From NCBI GenBank assembly GCA_036785375.1, contig JAWMAR010000012.1:930001-994000 (forward strand): a DNA stretch of 64,000 nucleotides, given 5' to 3'. Shown here piece after piece: positions 12,013 through 25,360 of the stretch. The notes under the pieces were generated by a model. It was not told where the DNA came from. It was given only the letters and a program-made list of their open reading frames with translations, and did no database searches. The position numbers were made by a program, and so were the translations under genes. Within the stretch, counting starts at the first letter, position 1. Each line of letters opens with the position of its first letter. Origin of the DNA: Leucoraja ocellata. Its lineage: Eukaryota.

Positions 12013-12929
12013 CCCAGTCAAGTGACTGATTGATTCTCATTCAGATTTCTGGGGAGAGAGTTGTAGATTTCTACTAAGCTTTGTGTGAAAAAGGATTTTT
12101 GATATCAATGATAAACAGCCAAGCTTAAATTTGAAGATCATTGCCCTTTACTTTGGGCTTTCCACCAGTAGAATTGATTCTCTCAATCTACCTACCAATT
12201 AATTTAATCGCCCTGAAGTCCTCAATTAAATTATCTTTAATCTTTTATACTTAAGGGAATATAAGCCCACTTTCAAAGAAATGCATGATTTTTCCTTAAT
12301 CAGTAAAGATTTATCATTCTCTACTCTTTTAAATGGGTGTTTAACAAAGCAAACTATAAAGGCATTGGATAAGGCACAAAACCCAATGAACACGATTTAA
12401 CAAGAGAAGATAAAGACTGTATGAGATCAAAGGTAAAGATTCAAATTTGTCATAAAAGTCTTTGAATCTTTGAGGATTTAAAAAACTGCAGAATTTGCAA
12501 AAGGAGAAGAAAAACATTGATAAGGAAATTGAGGAATGTAGTCTGTAAAATATTCCATTTAAATGAAACAGGAAATATCTCAGTAAAAATTCTTGCGGGT
12601 CCCTTATACAGTGAGAAAATAATATTGGTCAACCAGGGAATGGAAAATATTTTAAAAGATATCTGTGCATCTGTGTAAAGCCACACAGAAACCTTCCAGA
12701 AACGAAGAACAAAAGGCCTGGAGTAAATTTACTGATGACAATATAGAATGGGCTCCTGGGGTTTTGGTACACACACCAGACCAATACTAATGTTCACATT
12801 TACTACTCATTTCCCTGTAGCTCTGCAACACAAATTGTGATGTGGGAGGAAACCCGGGGGTGAAATCTATGTGGGAGAGTATGCTAGGAACTGTATGCTC
12901 ATGCCACATTTGCGGAGGATACAATGAGT

Positions 12930-13790
12930 CATATATAGACGATATCAAGTTGGATAATACTGTGGGTTGTGAAGATAATGTCACACAATAACGTGTCAGG
13001 TCTGGCCTCCCTACTCAAAGAAGAATATTTTTATGGTAATGCGTGTGCAACAAAGGTTCACCAAATTAATTTTGGGATGGGACTGAAATGGGGTTAAATA
13101 ATATAGGACAATATTGTATCTAATTTAGAACGGATCTAATTTATAGAATAGATCTAATTTATTGTATCTATTTTGAACGGAGACGAAGAAACATTTTTTC
13201 TCACAGAGAGTGGTAAGTGTGGAATTCTCTGCCTCAGTGGGCAGTGGAGGCAGGTTCTCTGGATGCTTTCAAGAGAGAGCTAGATAGGGCTCTTAAATAT
13301 AGCAGAGTCAGGGGATATGGGGAGAAGGCAGGAACGGGGTACTGATTGGGGATGATCAGCCATGATCACATTGAATGGCGGTGCTGGCTCGAAGGGCCGA
13401 ATGGCCTACTCCTGCACCTATTGTCTGTTGTCTATTGTCTATAATTTAGAAGTATGAGTAGTGATTTCATCAAATCACATAACATTCTTATTGTGTTTGG
13501 CCTGAGTATCTAGAATTGGAGGTCACAATTCAGAATAAAGGATCAGGATTGAGATGAAAATAAATTTCACCCAGTGGATAACAAATCTTTGGAATTCTCT
13601 ATCCAAGGCTGTAGATGCAAAGTTGCTGGAGATATTTAGGTAAGATTGCAATGTAATTTGAGATATTAAGAGAATCAAAATACATAGCATGAGTGCAGGG
13701 AAATGGAAGATACAATGGATCATCCATGATTAGCCCTGTCAACATGGAGTTGAATAACCATCAGCCATATTTATTATTTCTTAAGTTTTT
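12930..13790 (+). mobile_element. Old CR1 3' fragment with a younger CR1 3' end (about 13180-13441) nested in it
   Basis: gaagggccgaatggcctactcctgc 3' hairpin and (ctattgt)n tail, flanked by degraded ORF2 motifs. Confidence 0.75.
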
Positions 13791-14444
13791 CATGAAGATG
13801 GTAGTGTCCTACCCTTTTACTTTGTGCCTTAGATTTCATCGTAAAACTAAATGTAAACATGTTGTTCTAAAACACAGTTTGACTCTCTGATATTGCAGAG
13901 ACAATAAAAAAAATGATCAAAAGCAATAATATCACAAATGCAGGATGTCATTGTCTGAAAAATAAGTTGTTCTTCAGTCAGAGCTGTAAGAATGTTTAAG
14001 TTGACATCATGATATATCACCTGCACCAACAAGTGACTCGGATAATCACAATGTTTGTTGCTGGCTAACCAATGTTTCTTTTGCCTGGAAAGTTGTCATG
14101 GGATTTGTGGACAAGACCAGAGACTTCAATGATATTGCAAAAATGAGAGTTAATGGATTTACCAATTTAATCAAATCATGAAGCATTGGATATTTAATAC
14201 TTCACACATACACAGACTATGTTGCGCGAGGTCTGCAGGTACTGTGAGTGGCTGTTTCAATAGGGCAATCACAGCAAAAGGCACCAGACTGTTTTCTAAA
14301 CTAAGTGTATTATTGAACAGTCATGGCTGTGCATTTCTCAGTGTTAACAAATAAGGTTTCACTTGAATTATGCAATGTGTCAAATGCATGAGCACCCAAG
14401 AAAAATCCACAAGTGTGAGTAATGTAACCACGGAGCAGAGATGA

Positions 14445-14695
14445 AGAAACTAGTTTCTACAGATGCTGGTAAAAGTGCTGGGGTACCTCAGTGGGTCAGG
14501 CAGCATCTCTGGAGAACATGGATAAGAGATGTTTCGGGTCAGGGCTTCAGACTGATTGGGATGGGGGAAGAAAGCTGAAGAGAGGATAGGCAGGATAACA
14601 CCTGGCAAGTGTTAAGCTGATTCAGTTGAGGGGAGTGTTTGATGGACAGATGGTCGTACAAAGGCCAAGAACCAAAGGTGTGAGCTAAGGGTAAA
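14445..14695 (-). mobile_element. Penelope-like element end, degraded hammerhead motif
   Basis: ctcagtgggtcaggcagcatctctggag...gtttcgggtc...cttcagac. Confidence 0.75.
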
Positions 14696-14704
14696 ATACA
14701 CATA

Positions 14705-15468
14705 CTTAATTTCATACTCATACTTACTTTATTAGCTAAGTATGTTTTACAACATATGAGGAATTTGATTTGCCATACAGTCATACTAATAAAAATTAAC
14801 AGAACACACAAAATACATTTTAACATAAACATCCACCGCAGTGACTTCTCCACATTCCTCACTTTGATGGAAGTTGAAAAAAGGTTCAATCTCGTCCCTT
14901 CTTTGTCCTCCAGCGGTCGGGGGCCTCCAACCTTCCGTTGACGGGACAATATTTCTCCTGTAGCCGGCGGCGGGCGTCCTCATCAAGGTGATTAAATTCC
15001 TGCATCGGGGGGGAATCTCACCTCAACCGTGCCGGGCGATCTACCCCAAGTCGAAGCTAATCAAACCTTCTGCGTTGTTGGACCCTCCCGACTCAGTCTC
15101 AACCTGAGACTGCGAGCTACTTGATATTAAAGTCCGCAGGCCGCGGTTGGAGCATTTGATCACATGCAAGGAATTGGCTCTGATGATAAGTCCACGCCCC
15201 ATTCAAAGTCAGTCCCGAGCAAGGCCTCCTGCTCCACGATGTTAGGCTGCAGAACGACCAGAGATTCAATCCGGAAAGCAATCGCATCTCAGGCAAAGTA
15301 AGAGATAGAAAAAAAGTTTCCCCCGACCCCCTCCGCCCACCCCCCACATAAAACAAACCAGAGAACATTAACACAAACTTTTTAAACACGCTAAAAATAC
15401 CAAAAAAAATACAAAAAGGACAGATAGACAGTAGGCGAGGCTGCCATCGAAGCGCCACATGGTGGTAA
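14705..15468 (-). mobile_element. Non-autonomous, CpG-rich retroposon with Rex-type tail (unclassified)
   Basis: Minus-strand aataaaagtaagtatg tail and a CpG-rich body. PLE-like sequence appears to resume after 15470. Confidence 0.55.
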
Positions 15469-16567
15469 TCCAGAGGTGCAAAGAGGTGCAAGTTGTGAAG
15501 CAAATAGGGGAGAGAGCGGGGGTGAGTGGAGAGGGATTAGAAATTTCCTCCAGAAAGAGCCCATGGAAATATAAACATCACTGCCTTTGGTGCCTGTCAC
15601 AAACTTCATGAAGCCTCAAGAAATCCCCCTTAAGATGTGTGCTGTTCCATTTACAAGATGTTTCTTAATACATGCAAATTCATTCCTTTCTGATCAATTC
15701 ACACCAACTCCAAATTGCACCCTGTGACCTTTCGCTCATTAATAACATACTGTATGCATGTGTCACCACCATTTGAAATATGAGCTGCAAAAGTGGTTTG
15801 AGCATATGGTATAGTTAATTAGCATGACTGAGGTTAACCTTGTTACACAGACCACAAGGGCCACAAAATAACAGTAAGCAGTGATGAACGTTTGTAACTG
15901 TTACAGAAACTAGAAATACTTATTACCAACCAACATTCCACACTTCTAATTCAAATAGCTCAAAGATCAGATTCTTATTTTACTCATTTTGATTGGAATG
16001 AAAACATTTTTCCTTTTGGCATCAACGTGTGTTATTGTCATTTCAAATCTGTTCAGCGATATAAAGCTTTTATTTGATGTTCAAATCAGCCACCAGGAGG
16101 GGTTGGAAGTATTCAAAGCTTTCAAAATTGATGCCAAACATCTTCTGATGTCCAAAGAATGCCATCACCGAGCTCTTTGTAATCTCATAATAGGAACTAT
16201 AACAGCAATTGTGTTAAGATGCATTAGGTTTGTCAGGAAGTTCTTTACATTCATCTTGAAAAATTAATGCTCCTGATGCAGGCTGATTTGGTTGTCCTTG
16301 GGAGAAGGACAGAAACGTTGCAGAATATTGAAACACTGCTGTCATTGAGAATGTTAAAATAAATCTCAACTTTCAAAAGTGAGGTATCTCAAAGCTGGTG
16401 CTGGGGAGGGGATGTTATCTTGGCAGTGTATATTTAAAAAATCTGTCTCACGAGCTTCTGACTTTTGTTTAATTAAAACTAACAGGTAATTAAATCTTAG
16501 GGCCATTAATTTAGGTATTGCAGTTGCCAATTAAGAGTGAGAGAACATTATTAACCATATGAGAACA

Positions 16568-16825
16568 TTCCCTCTCTATCCCTCCCCCACCAAAGTTGCA
16601 CCAGCTTCTAATTTTCACCCAACAAACAGCTAACAATGGCCTGTTTCCTTTATCATCATTACTTTTTTGTTTATCTTTCATTCATTGTTCTTTATCTCTC
16701 CACATCATCGTCTATATCTCTCATTTCCCTTATCCATAACTAGTCTGAAGAACGGTTTCGACCCATTCCTTCTCTCCAGAGATGCTGCCTGTCCCGCTGA
16801 GTTACTCCAGTTTATTTTGTCTATT
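16568..16825 (+). mobile_element. Penelope-like element pseudo-LTR fragment
   Basis: Reverse complement of the 3870-4350 family; the hammerhead core is partly deleted. Confidence 0.85.
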
Positions 16826-18118
16826 ATTAGTTGGCAGCTTGTTTTGCCTGGTTCAGATGCATTGCCCCCACAAGTTGAAGCATGCAAAACCAACATATTA
16901 TCATGTCAACTTTTGTGCAACACCTATTTAAAACCAGTGCTACCTTGTTGGCCTATCTCAATCAAACTGCCACCACCATAGTAGCAGGCACAGGGAAATC
17001 TAATGTTAATAAGGTGCTAAACCTTGTGTTTAGCACCAAACTGAATTTCAGCACCTTTACTTTAAGAGGATCATCAAAGATTGGCAGATTTGGTATTGAT
17101 TGATTGAGAGATTTATTGATATTTGTTTGATTTTCATTCCTGGATATGACGTGCATTTCAGGATTTGAGAGAGAGATGGCAATTTTTACACATGCAGTAT
17201 CCATCCAAAGTGACGGATTGAGTAGTTAATATCATGATAAGAAGCATAACAGAGATATGTGAATGTAAGAAAAAGGGGAAGTGGATTAAAAGACAGGAAG
17301 CTTTATCTGCATTGGGTATTCCAGGAGAATTTGTTTGTTGACCTGTTTCACCAAGAAGTGGCTCATGGTCATTGAACACATTCTGCAGTAGAACAAGCTA
17401 CTGCACAGACCTACTTTGCCAGCAACACTCACACCGTCTCTTCAAGGATGTGGGTGGAAAGATGAGTAACAAGAACCAATTAGTCTCCTTTTTTCTTGGG
17501 TAGAGAGTAGCATGCAGAGTGACAGTTTTTTTTCTAGGTAGCAGATGTCTTATCATGAAATGAATGATTGACTGTGACCAGTGACTTTTTTCCTGAATAT
17601 TTTAAATAGGACATTGCGCTGTAGTTGCTCTGAGAGCTCTACATCGGAACATTAAAATATTTAGCGAAATACATCAAGATGTAGCTCATCTGCACCACAG
17701 GCAGGTTAATGCTGAAATCATGCAGTAGTACCCATGGGAAAACTACTCATTTCCAGCAGTAATAACTGGCAAGCATTTCTGAGGACAACTATGCCATCTC
17801 AAAACTGAGAATTTCCAGATTCAAGTCAAGCTTGTGCTGATGATGCAAGTACCAATAAAGCAGATATGCAGGAAATTAGATCATTAGAGCTGAGGAACAA
17901 TCATTGTTCTTCACTCCCGAGACCATCATTCTCTGGCCTCCCGGCCTGAATCCAGGCTACGATCACCAGATCATAGGGTTCAATCACCAGGAACTCCAAA
18001 AAATGGCCCCAGCTGTGCGGAAACGGCATAAAAAGCAGAAGGAAGCTGTGCAAACACCTTGGATGTTACTGATACTTTCAACATCAGAGCTGTACAACGG
18101 CCAAATCGATATTTCTTT

Positions 18119-18389
18119 TTTTTTTTTTTAATATTTTATTTTATTAGAAGTAAGCACAGTCATATGGCACCAAAGTGCCTAATATATATTTTCATAATAC
18201 ATTTTATGTACAACTTCTTTTTTTTTTGTTACATTGAAAAAAGATGAGAATAAGAAAAAGAGGTTAGATAGTAAAGGATAGAAAAATGTGAAATATATAG
18301 TGTGTGAAGAAAGAAAACGAGTAAATGAAGAAAGTTGAGAGAGAAAATAGTGAAAAGAAAAGGAGATCATTATTTATAGTCTTGACCAA
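18119..18389 (-). mobile_element. Poly(A)-tailed retroposed fragment (L1/Tx1-type 3' UTR) with 18-bp TSD
   Basis: CCAAATCGATATTTCTTT at 18101-18118 and 18390-18407. Poly-T and tttatt at the left end. Confidence 0.85.
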
Positions 18390-19109
18390 CCAAATCGATA
18401 TTTCTTTGTGGCTCTTTCTAGGCCAATACATCTCTGGGTTAATTTTCCAGGCATGGTTACTGCGTATTTAAAATGGGTCAGTGCAATTAGTGCAGTTTGC
18501 TCTAGCAGCACTTTAAATACTTTGATTGTTTTATACTGGACAATATCCACAATTTCAAATTATTTGCTTTTAAAATGTTACTTAAAATCAATGGGATTAG
18601 GCATATAAATATATCAAAGGTTGCAGTGTAGAGCATAAAAATCACTGGATTTTATTTTGAGAAGGAAGCAACTGTTATGGTAGACTGAACAGTTTTGGTA
18701 GTCTTGTTTATTGTCATACTAGGAGTACTGCATGTAATTCTGTTTGCCACGTCCTACTCACAAATTCCAACAAACAGTCGAGTTTATGCCCATCAGGAAG
18801 AGATGAAAAAGTTGAAGCTCTTTGGTGATGACAAATGAAGGCTAGGAGTTGGGAGTGTTGGGAGAATGGTGGAATTTAGAGGGGTGACAAGAGGCACAAA
18901 ATCACGGTTTTTATAATTATGAAAGTTTATTTTTTAATGTATAGCATAGACACCAAATGTTATCACCTGAAGCAGAGCAACATGAGAAACCATCAATAAA
19001 AGATAGTGCCAAAGAAACAACGAGGGAATTCTGAAGAAATTTCTTTATCTAGAATGTGAAGAGATGTATAGTATTGCCACAGGAAATAGAAGGTAAATAG
19101 TCTAATAAA

Positions 19110-21345
19110 AAAGTATCTGCAGATGCTGATTTATATCAAAGATAGACACAAAAAGGTTGGAGTAACTCAGTGGGTCATGCAGCGTCTCTGGAGAAAATGG
19201 ACACATGACATTTTGGGTTGGAATCCTTCTTCAGACTGAATGTAGTGGGGAAGAAACTGGAAATGAGGAAAAATACAGGATAAATTGGGGCTGGCAACAG
19301 ATGACATCAGGCAAGAAGGTTCCCTGATTGTTAGCTGGAGACATTATGAGCTGAAGAGAGATACATCGTAGCAAACAAGTTAATTGACTAGTGGAGGAAC
19401 AGGGAAGTGAAGGGGGAGGAATGTATATGTAGAGGTTACCTAAAATTGGAGAACTCAACATTCACATCATTGGGTTGTAAGCTATTCAAGCAAATGATGA
19501 GGTACTGTTCCTTCAATTTGCATATGCAAATTTTCTGTCCTGTAATTTTCTGCCCTGGGCCTTCCCCATTGCCAGAGTGAGTTCTGCAGAGACCATTCCC
19601 TCTGCAACTCCTTGGTTCACTCATCCCTTCCCAACCAAACCACCCCGTCCCCGGGTACTTTCCTCTGTAACAGCATGAGATGCAACACCTGTCCTTAAAC
19701 CTCCTCCCTCGACTCCAACTAGGGACCTGAACCGCCCTTTAAGATGAGACAGTAGTTCACATGCACCTCTTCTAACCTAATCTACTGTATCCAGTGTTCC
19801 CGATGTGGCCTACTGTACATTTGTGAGACAAATGTTTCACTGAACACACACGCATTTTCTGACAAAGCCTACTGGATCTCTCAGTTGCTAAGCACTTCTC
19901 CCCTTCGCATTCCATATTGACTTTTCTGTCCAGAGCCTCATCCATTGCCAGAGTGAGGCCACACACAAATTGGAGCAACAGCACCTCATATTTTGTTTGA
20001 GTAGCTTACAGCCCAGCGGTATGAACATTGAATTCTCCAATTTCTTTCAAATTCTCCACCTCCTTTCCCTTTCCATCTCATTCCCCTCCTTCCTCCACTA
20101 AAAGTTAGTTAACTTGTTCCACAATTTGCAGCGATGTCTCCGTGTGGGATCACACCATCTCTAGCCAAAAATCAGTCTATCTGGGAACCTCCTTGCCTGA
20201 AGTCTGGGAATTGAAGGCAATATCTCCAAGTTTGCGGATGACACTAAGCTGGGGGGCAGTGTTAACTGTGAGGAGGATGCTAGGAGACTGCAAGGTGAAT
20301 TGGATAGGCTGGGTGAGTGGGCAAATGTTTGGCAGATGCAGTATAATGTGGATAAATGTGAGATTATCCATTTTGGTGGCAAAAACAGGAAAGCAGACTA
20401 TTATCTAAATGGTAGCCGACTAGGAGAAGGGGAGATGCAGCGCGACCTGGGTGTCATGGTACACCAGTCATTGGAAGTAGGTATGCAGGTGCAGCAGGCA
20501 GTGAAGAAAGCAAATGGTATATTAGCTTTCATAGCAAAAGGATTTGAGTATAGGAGCAGGGAGGTTCTACTGCAGTTGTACAGGGTCTTGGTGAGACCAC
20601 ACCTGGAGTATTGCGTACAGTTTTGGTCTCCAAATCTGAGGAAGGACATTATTGCCATAGAGGGAGTGCAGAGAAGGTTCACCAGACTGATTCCTGGGAT
20701 GTCAGGACTGTCTTATGAAGAAAGACTGGATAGACTTGGTTTATACTCTCTAGAATTTAGGAGATTGAAAGGGGATCTTATAGAAACTTACAAAATTCTT
20801 AAGGGGTTGGACAGGCTAGATGCAGGAAGATTGCTCCCGATGTTGGGGAAGTCCAGGACAAGGGGTCACAGCTTAAGGATAAGGGGGAAATCCTTTAAAA
20901 CCGAAATGATAAGAACTTTTTTCACACAGAGAGTGGTGAATCTCTGGAACTCTCTGCCACAGAGGGTAGTCGAGGCCAGTTCATTGGCTATATTTAAGAG
21001 GGAGTTAGTTGTGGCCCTTGTGGCTAAGGGGATCAGAGGGTATGGAAAGAAGGCAGGTACAGGATACTGAGTTGAATGATCAGCCATGATCATATTGAAT
21101 GGCGGTGCAGGCTCGAAGGGCCGAATGGCCTACACCTAATTTCTATGTTTATATGTTTCTAAGTCATCAGTTGCGAGTTCTGATTTGTTATGGGTTTTTT
21201 TCTCGTTTCCAGTCCCCCCCCCCCCCCCCCCTGTCCCACTACAATCAGTCTGAAGAAGGATCTCAACCCAACACATCACCTATCTCTTTTCTCCAGAGAT
21301 GCTGCCTGATCCGTTAAGTTACTCTAATACTTTGTATCTATCTAA
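19110..21345 (+). mobile_element. Penelope-like element with 5' inverted pseudo-LTR, degraded GIY-YIG endonuclease and a nested CR1
   Basis: Inverted arm at 19110-19575. Sense part reads GTFLCNSMRCNTC...FTCTSSNLIYCIQCSRCGLLYICET...VAKHF...KLEQQHLIF...GMNIEFS. The 3' end resumes at 21166. Confidence 0.88.
20205..21160 (+). mobile_element. Young 5'-truncated CR1 LINE; open ORF2 frame 20207-21070
   Basis: GIEGNISKFADD...GKKAGTGY* is uninterrupted. 5-bp TSD AAGTC (20200-20204, 21161-21165). Same family as 8212-10768. Confidence 0.96.
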
Positions 21346-21375
21346 GGTAAATAATTTAGATGCATTTAAGGGAAG

Positions 21376-21507
21376 NNNNNNNNNNNNNNNNNNNNNNNNN
21401 NNNNNNNNNNNNNNNNNNNNNNNNNNNNNNNNNNNNNNNNNNNNNNNNNNNNNNNNNNNNNNNNNNNNNNNNNNNNNNNNNNNNNNNNNNNNNNNNNNNN
21501 NNNNNNN
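21376..21507. other. Assembly gap
   Basis: Run of N. Confidence 1.
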
Positions 21508-22040
21508 TATGTGCAATGAGATTTGGTATGCAGCTTCCATCCGATGTCATAACTTAAACAACGAATAAAATTTAGATTTAGATACCCCGAGAAACATGAT
21601 TTATAAAAAGAACAGTAAAACAGTAAAACAGTCAAAACAGTCTAAAGTGCAAATGTGTCTGTGTCGGGTCGATATGTGACGTGACCATCCGAGGGAGACA
21701 GTTCTTGGTGGTGGGGGGCACTCAGCAGGGCCGGTTCAGATCAGCTATAGCTCTGGAGATGAAGCTGTTCCTGAGTCTGGAGGTGCGGGCGTAGAAGGCC
21801 TTGTAACGTCTGCCGGAAGGTAGGAGTTCGAACATTCCATTACAAGGGTGTGAGGAGTCTTTGTGGATGCTGACGGCCTTCCTGAGGCACCGTGTGTAGT
21901 AGATGCCCTCCAAGGCTGGTAGCTGTGTCCCAATAATCTTCTGTGGACGACGCGCTGAAGAGCTCTCCTCTCCGCCTCCGTGCAACTGAGATACCACACA
22001 GAACTGCCATATGTTAGTCTGCTCTCTGTGGTGCAGTGGT
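21508..22040 (-). mobile_element. Rex1/Babar LINE 3' end
   Basis: WYLSCTEAERRALQRVV, HPCNGMFELLPSGRRYK, TSRLRNSF. Confidence 0.88.
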
Positions 22041-24139
22041 AGAATGGCTTCTGCTATAGTTTTAGATGATGTGAAGGTTAGGATGGAGTTTAAACATAAC
22101 ACAGACCAGATGGGAAATACTTCGCTGCGGGAACACCACAGTATTTTTTAGTGCCCAACAAAAATAAATAACTGTGAGAGAAATCAATCTAAGGTATCAC
22201 TTCTGATGAATCACAAAGGGCCTTTAAACCTCTCACTTGGGCCAATGTATACTATTAGTTTGGGGTAATCTACTCATTTTCGATAGCAACCAGTGTTATT
22301 TGCTGGTGGCCTCTGCCTGTGGTTGGAAAAGTGGTCCCTAATTTTCTCTTCCCAAGCCCATAATAACAAAGAATTTGGCCTCAAATCCTCAATTCATTTC
22401 TACATAGAGAGCAAAAGAATAAACAAACAGATCGGTCAGTCCTTTGTGCTGAATGTGATATTTGGGAATGTGAAGGCGGATTGATAAACTCAGCTAAATA
22501 AGCTAGCATAATTTTGAATTTATTAATTACAAGTTAGCATCAGTTTCTTTGTGCATGTATTTATGAGTGGGACAATAAAGCATCTTAGAGAGCCAGGATC
22601 TGTGGCCAGCAGAAAGCTGCCCACTCCTGCACTAGATTTTGAATTCATTGTTAACTCTCCAGACCACATTAACTTGGAGTATATTTGTTTACACAGCTCG
22701 ATGGTGACAGAAACAAGGCCTCCCATAACATGATAAGATCGCATGGGGATAAAAGGGGATGGGGTGCCAAGCAGGAAGAGTGAATGCCAACAGTGGCCTG
22801 ACCCTGGAATTTTGAAGCTGTTGAAGCAGCAAATACTGAAAGTTTCTGTTTCCATTTGAAAAGATTCAGATATTATTTAAAACAGTTGAAACAGAAAGCA
22901 AATTAAATTTATTGAACAACATTTAAATCGTAAAACAGTAATAACAATTAAAAGCATCTAAGTACTTAATGAAATCCCTCACAGCCTTTTTATTCCACCA
23001 AAGTGAATAATGATGGCAGGAAACTTGGGGAGGAGATGAAAAGTATTAAAGAAAATCTACCAGCAGATTCTGCACAGCAAGTGATAGGAATGGCCTCTTT
23101 ATAGCTGTACACTCCTAAACAGGATTGATAAACCTGGTACAGAGATTAGTCAAAGAAATAATGACTAATAGATTACTATAGCCATTGTGCGTTTACTTAG
23201 TTTGGGCACAGATGGATATTACAGCATTGAATATGAACCATAGATTTGTGAATGAGCAATTCATTGAAATATCCAGTATGTCAGACTTGGTACGACAGTA
23301 ATAATCTCACTTTACATCTGAGTGCAATGGGATAAAGCCTCCCACGTTAGTGGTAAGGAAGTGCGGCTTTATTAAATGCTGTCTCAAGGATGACAGAGTA
23401 GAGTAAGTGCCTGGGCAAATGAGTGTAAATGTACTGTTTGGAGGGGAGTAGGAGGGTTCTTCAAGTGTCCTTGGCAATTCGCAGATTCCTTACTTTTTTT
23501 GCAATTTTTTACAAAGTGCAAATAACTGGAATGAGTAAAATTGAAACACGAGCAGCTTCTGTTACAGCCAGTCAATCTGCAATATTAGGTTACACAAAAA
23601 AGCTGGAGAAACTCAGCGGGTGCAGCAGCATCTATGGAGCGAAGGAAATAGGCAACGTTTCGGGCCGAAACCCTAGTTTAGTAATGAAGCATTTTCAAAA
23701 TCTAGTGTGTCCAAGGACAGATAATCCTTTAGCAAATAAGAAAATCTGCATAATTGTGTTGTACACAGAAAAGCTCCACATGTGAACAAACCAATTGTTT
23801 TTTGATCAAAGTAAAAATGCAACTAATTAGATTAAAGAAGCAAATCAACATGATCTTGCGTTCAAAGACAATCTGATCTTTGTGTAAATGGAACTATACA
23901 ACAAGGCTGACAACTCAAGATAAAAATGTTTCCCTACATTTTTACAATAAAAAGCTGAGTAATATTAAGCTGAATTAAGTTACATTTTATATTATCTTCA
24001 ATTGAATTAATTTTTAATCATTTATTCAATTTTCTTGGCCAAAAGATTGAAGCATACATATTATTTATTGAGTATCCTTCCTTGGCCTATAAAATTGTGA
24101 GATGTCTTGCGTCATTTCAGAAGATAGTGGGAAAAGTCT

Positions 24140-24470
24140 GTTGCTGCTGCTTTTGCCGTTGCCTCACAATTCTAGTGACAAGAGTTCTATCTTGACCTCC
24201 ACGGTTCTCCATGTGGAGTTTGTACATTCTCCCTGTGACAGCCTGGATTTCCTTTTGCATCCCAAAAATATGCCGATTAGTAGGATAGTTAGCCACTTCT
24301 AAATTACCCTCCATGCATTAATATGCAGAATCTGTGAGAGAGTTGAAGGAAATGAGAGGAGAATAAAATGGGTTAGGGGAGGATTACAAACTATGAGATA
24401 TTTGACGTAGACCCCGTGGGCCTGTTTACTGCTGAATCACTCTTTTACTCCAAATATGACTCCAACTATG
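24140..24470 (+). mobile_element. HE1-type V-SINE, degraded
   Basis: gcctcaca...tgtggagtttgtacattctccctgtgac...catcccaaa. Confidence 0.7.
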
Positions 24471-24574
24471 ACTCAACCAAATTCCATTTAGATAAGATTC
24501 ACATAAAGCTTGGATAAAGATAAGGATGTTTGATTTCCTTCTCTGAAAATGTTGTATGTTTTTTTGTTCTTTCC

Positions 24575-24705
24575 AAGATAGACACAAAATGCTGGAATAA
24601 CTCAGCGGGACAGGAAGCATCTCTGGATAGAAGGAATGGGTGATGTTTAGGGTCGTGAACCTTCCTCAGAGTGGTCTGAAGAAATGTCTCGACCCGTAAT
24701 GTCAG
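24575..24705. mobile_element. Back-to-back PLE ends with apex at the hammerhead 5' edge (right arm truncated)
   Basis: gatgtttagggtcgtgaaccttcctcaga-gtgg-tctgaagaaatgtctcgacccgtaatgtca. Confidence 0.75.
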
Positions 24706-24707
24706 GG

Positions 24708-24899
24708 TCATATCAAGGTCGCCAAAAGATTTTGAACATTTTAAAATCCAGCGGCGACAAAAAAACTGCGACACTTGAGGAAACATCGTGCGTCACTACG
24801 TCATCACGCCGCGTCATGCCGCAACTTTTTCAGTGACCTGATATGTCAGTCAATTGTGCTGGCAGTCGCCGCAAAAAATCGGCAAGTGGGACAGGCCCT
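24708..24899. mobile_element. Harbinger MITE, right half
   Basis: Terminal aagtgggacaggccct followed by tta; same TIR family as 40100, 58002 and 62165. Confidence 0.75.
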
Positions 24900-24904
24900 T
24901 TAAG

Positions 24905-25360
24905 GTTTATTGTGGTCACATGTATCAAGATACAGTGAAAAGTTTTGTTTTGCATTCTATCCAAACAGATCAAATATATCATACATAAATACAATCAAGT
25001 CAAACTCGAGTACAATAGATAGAACAAAAGGGGAAAAGCCAAATGTAGAGTATAGTTATCAGCATTGTAGCACATCAATTCCTTAGACAAAGTCCAATGT
25101 CCACAACAGGGTAGAGTTGGATTGGACCATATCCTAGTTCATGAAGCCTGATAACAGAGGGGAAACAGCTGTTCCTGTTTCTGATGATGCACACTTTCAA
25201 GCTTCTATACCTTCTGCTGGATGGGAACAGGAAGAAGAAGGAATGACTGTAGTGGGAGAAGTTTTTAATTATGTCGGCTGCTTTTCTGAGGCAGTGTGAA
25301 TTGTAGATGGAGTCAGTGGTGGAAAGTCTGGTCCATGTGCTGGACTGGGCTACATTTGTG
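24905..25360 (-). mobile_element. Rex1/Babar LINE 3' end, degraded
   Basis: DSIYNSHCLRKAADII...PSSRRYRSLK...RNSCFPSVIRL. Confidence 0.8.
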
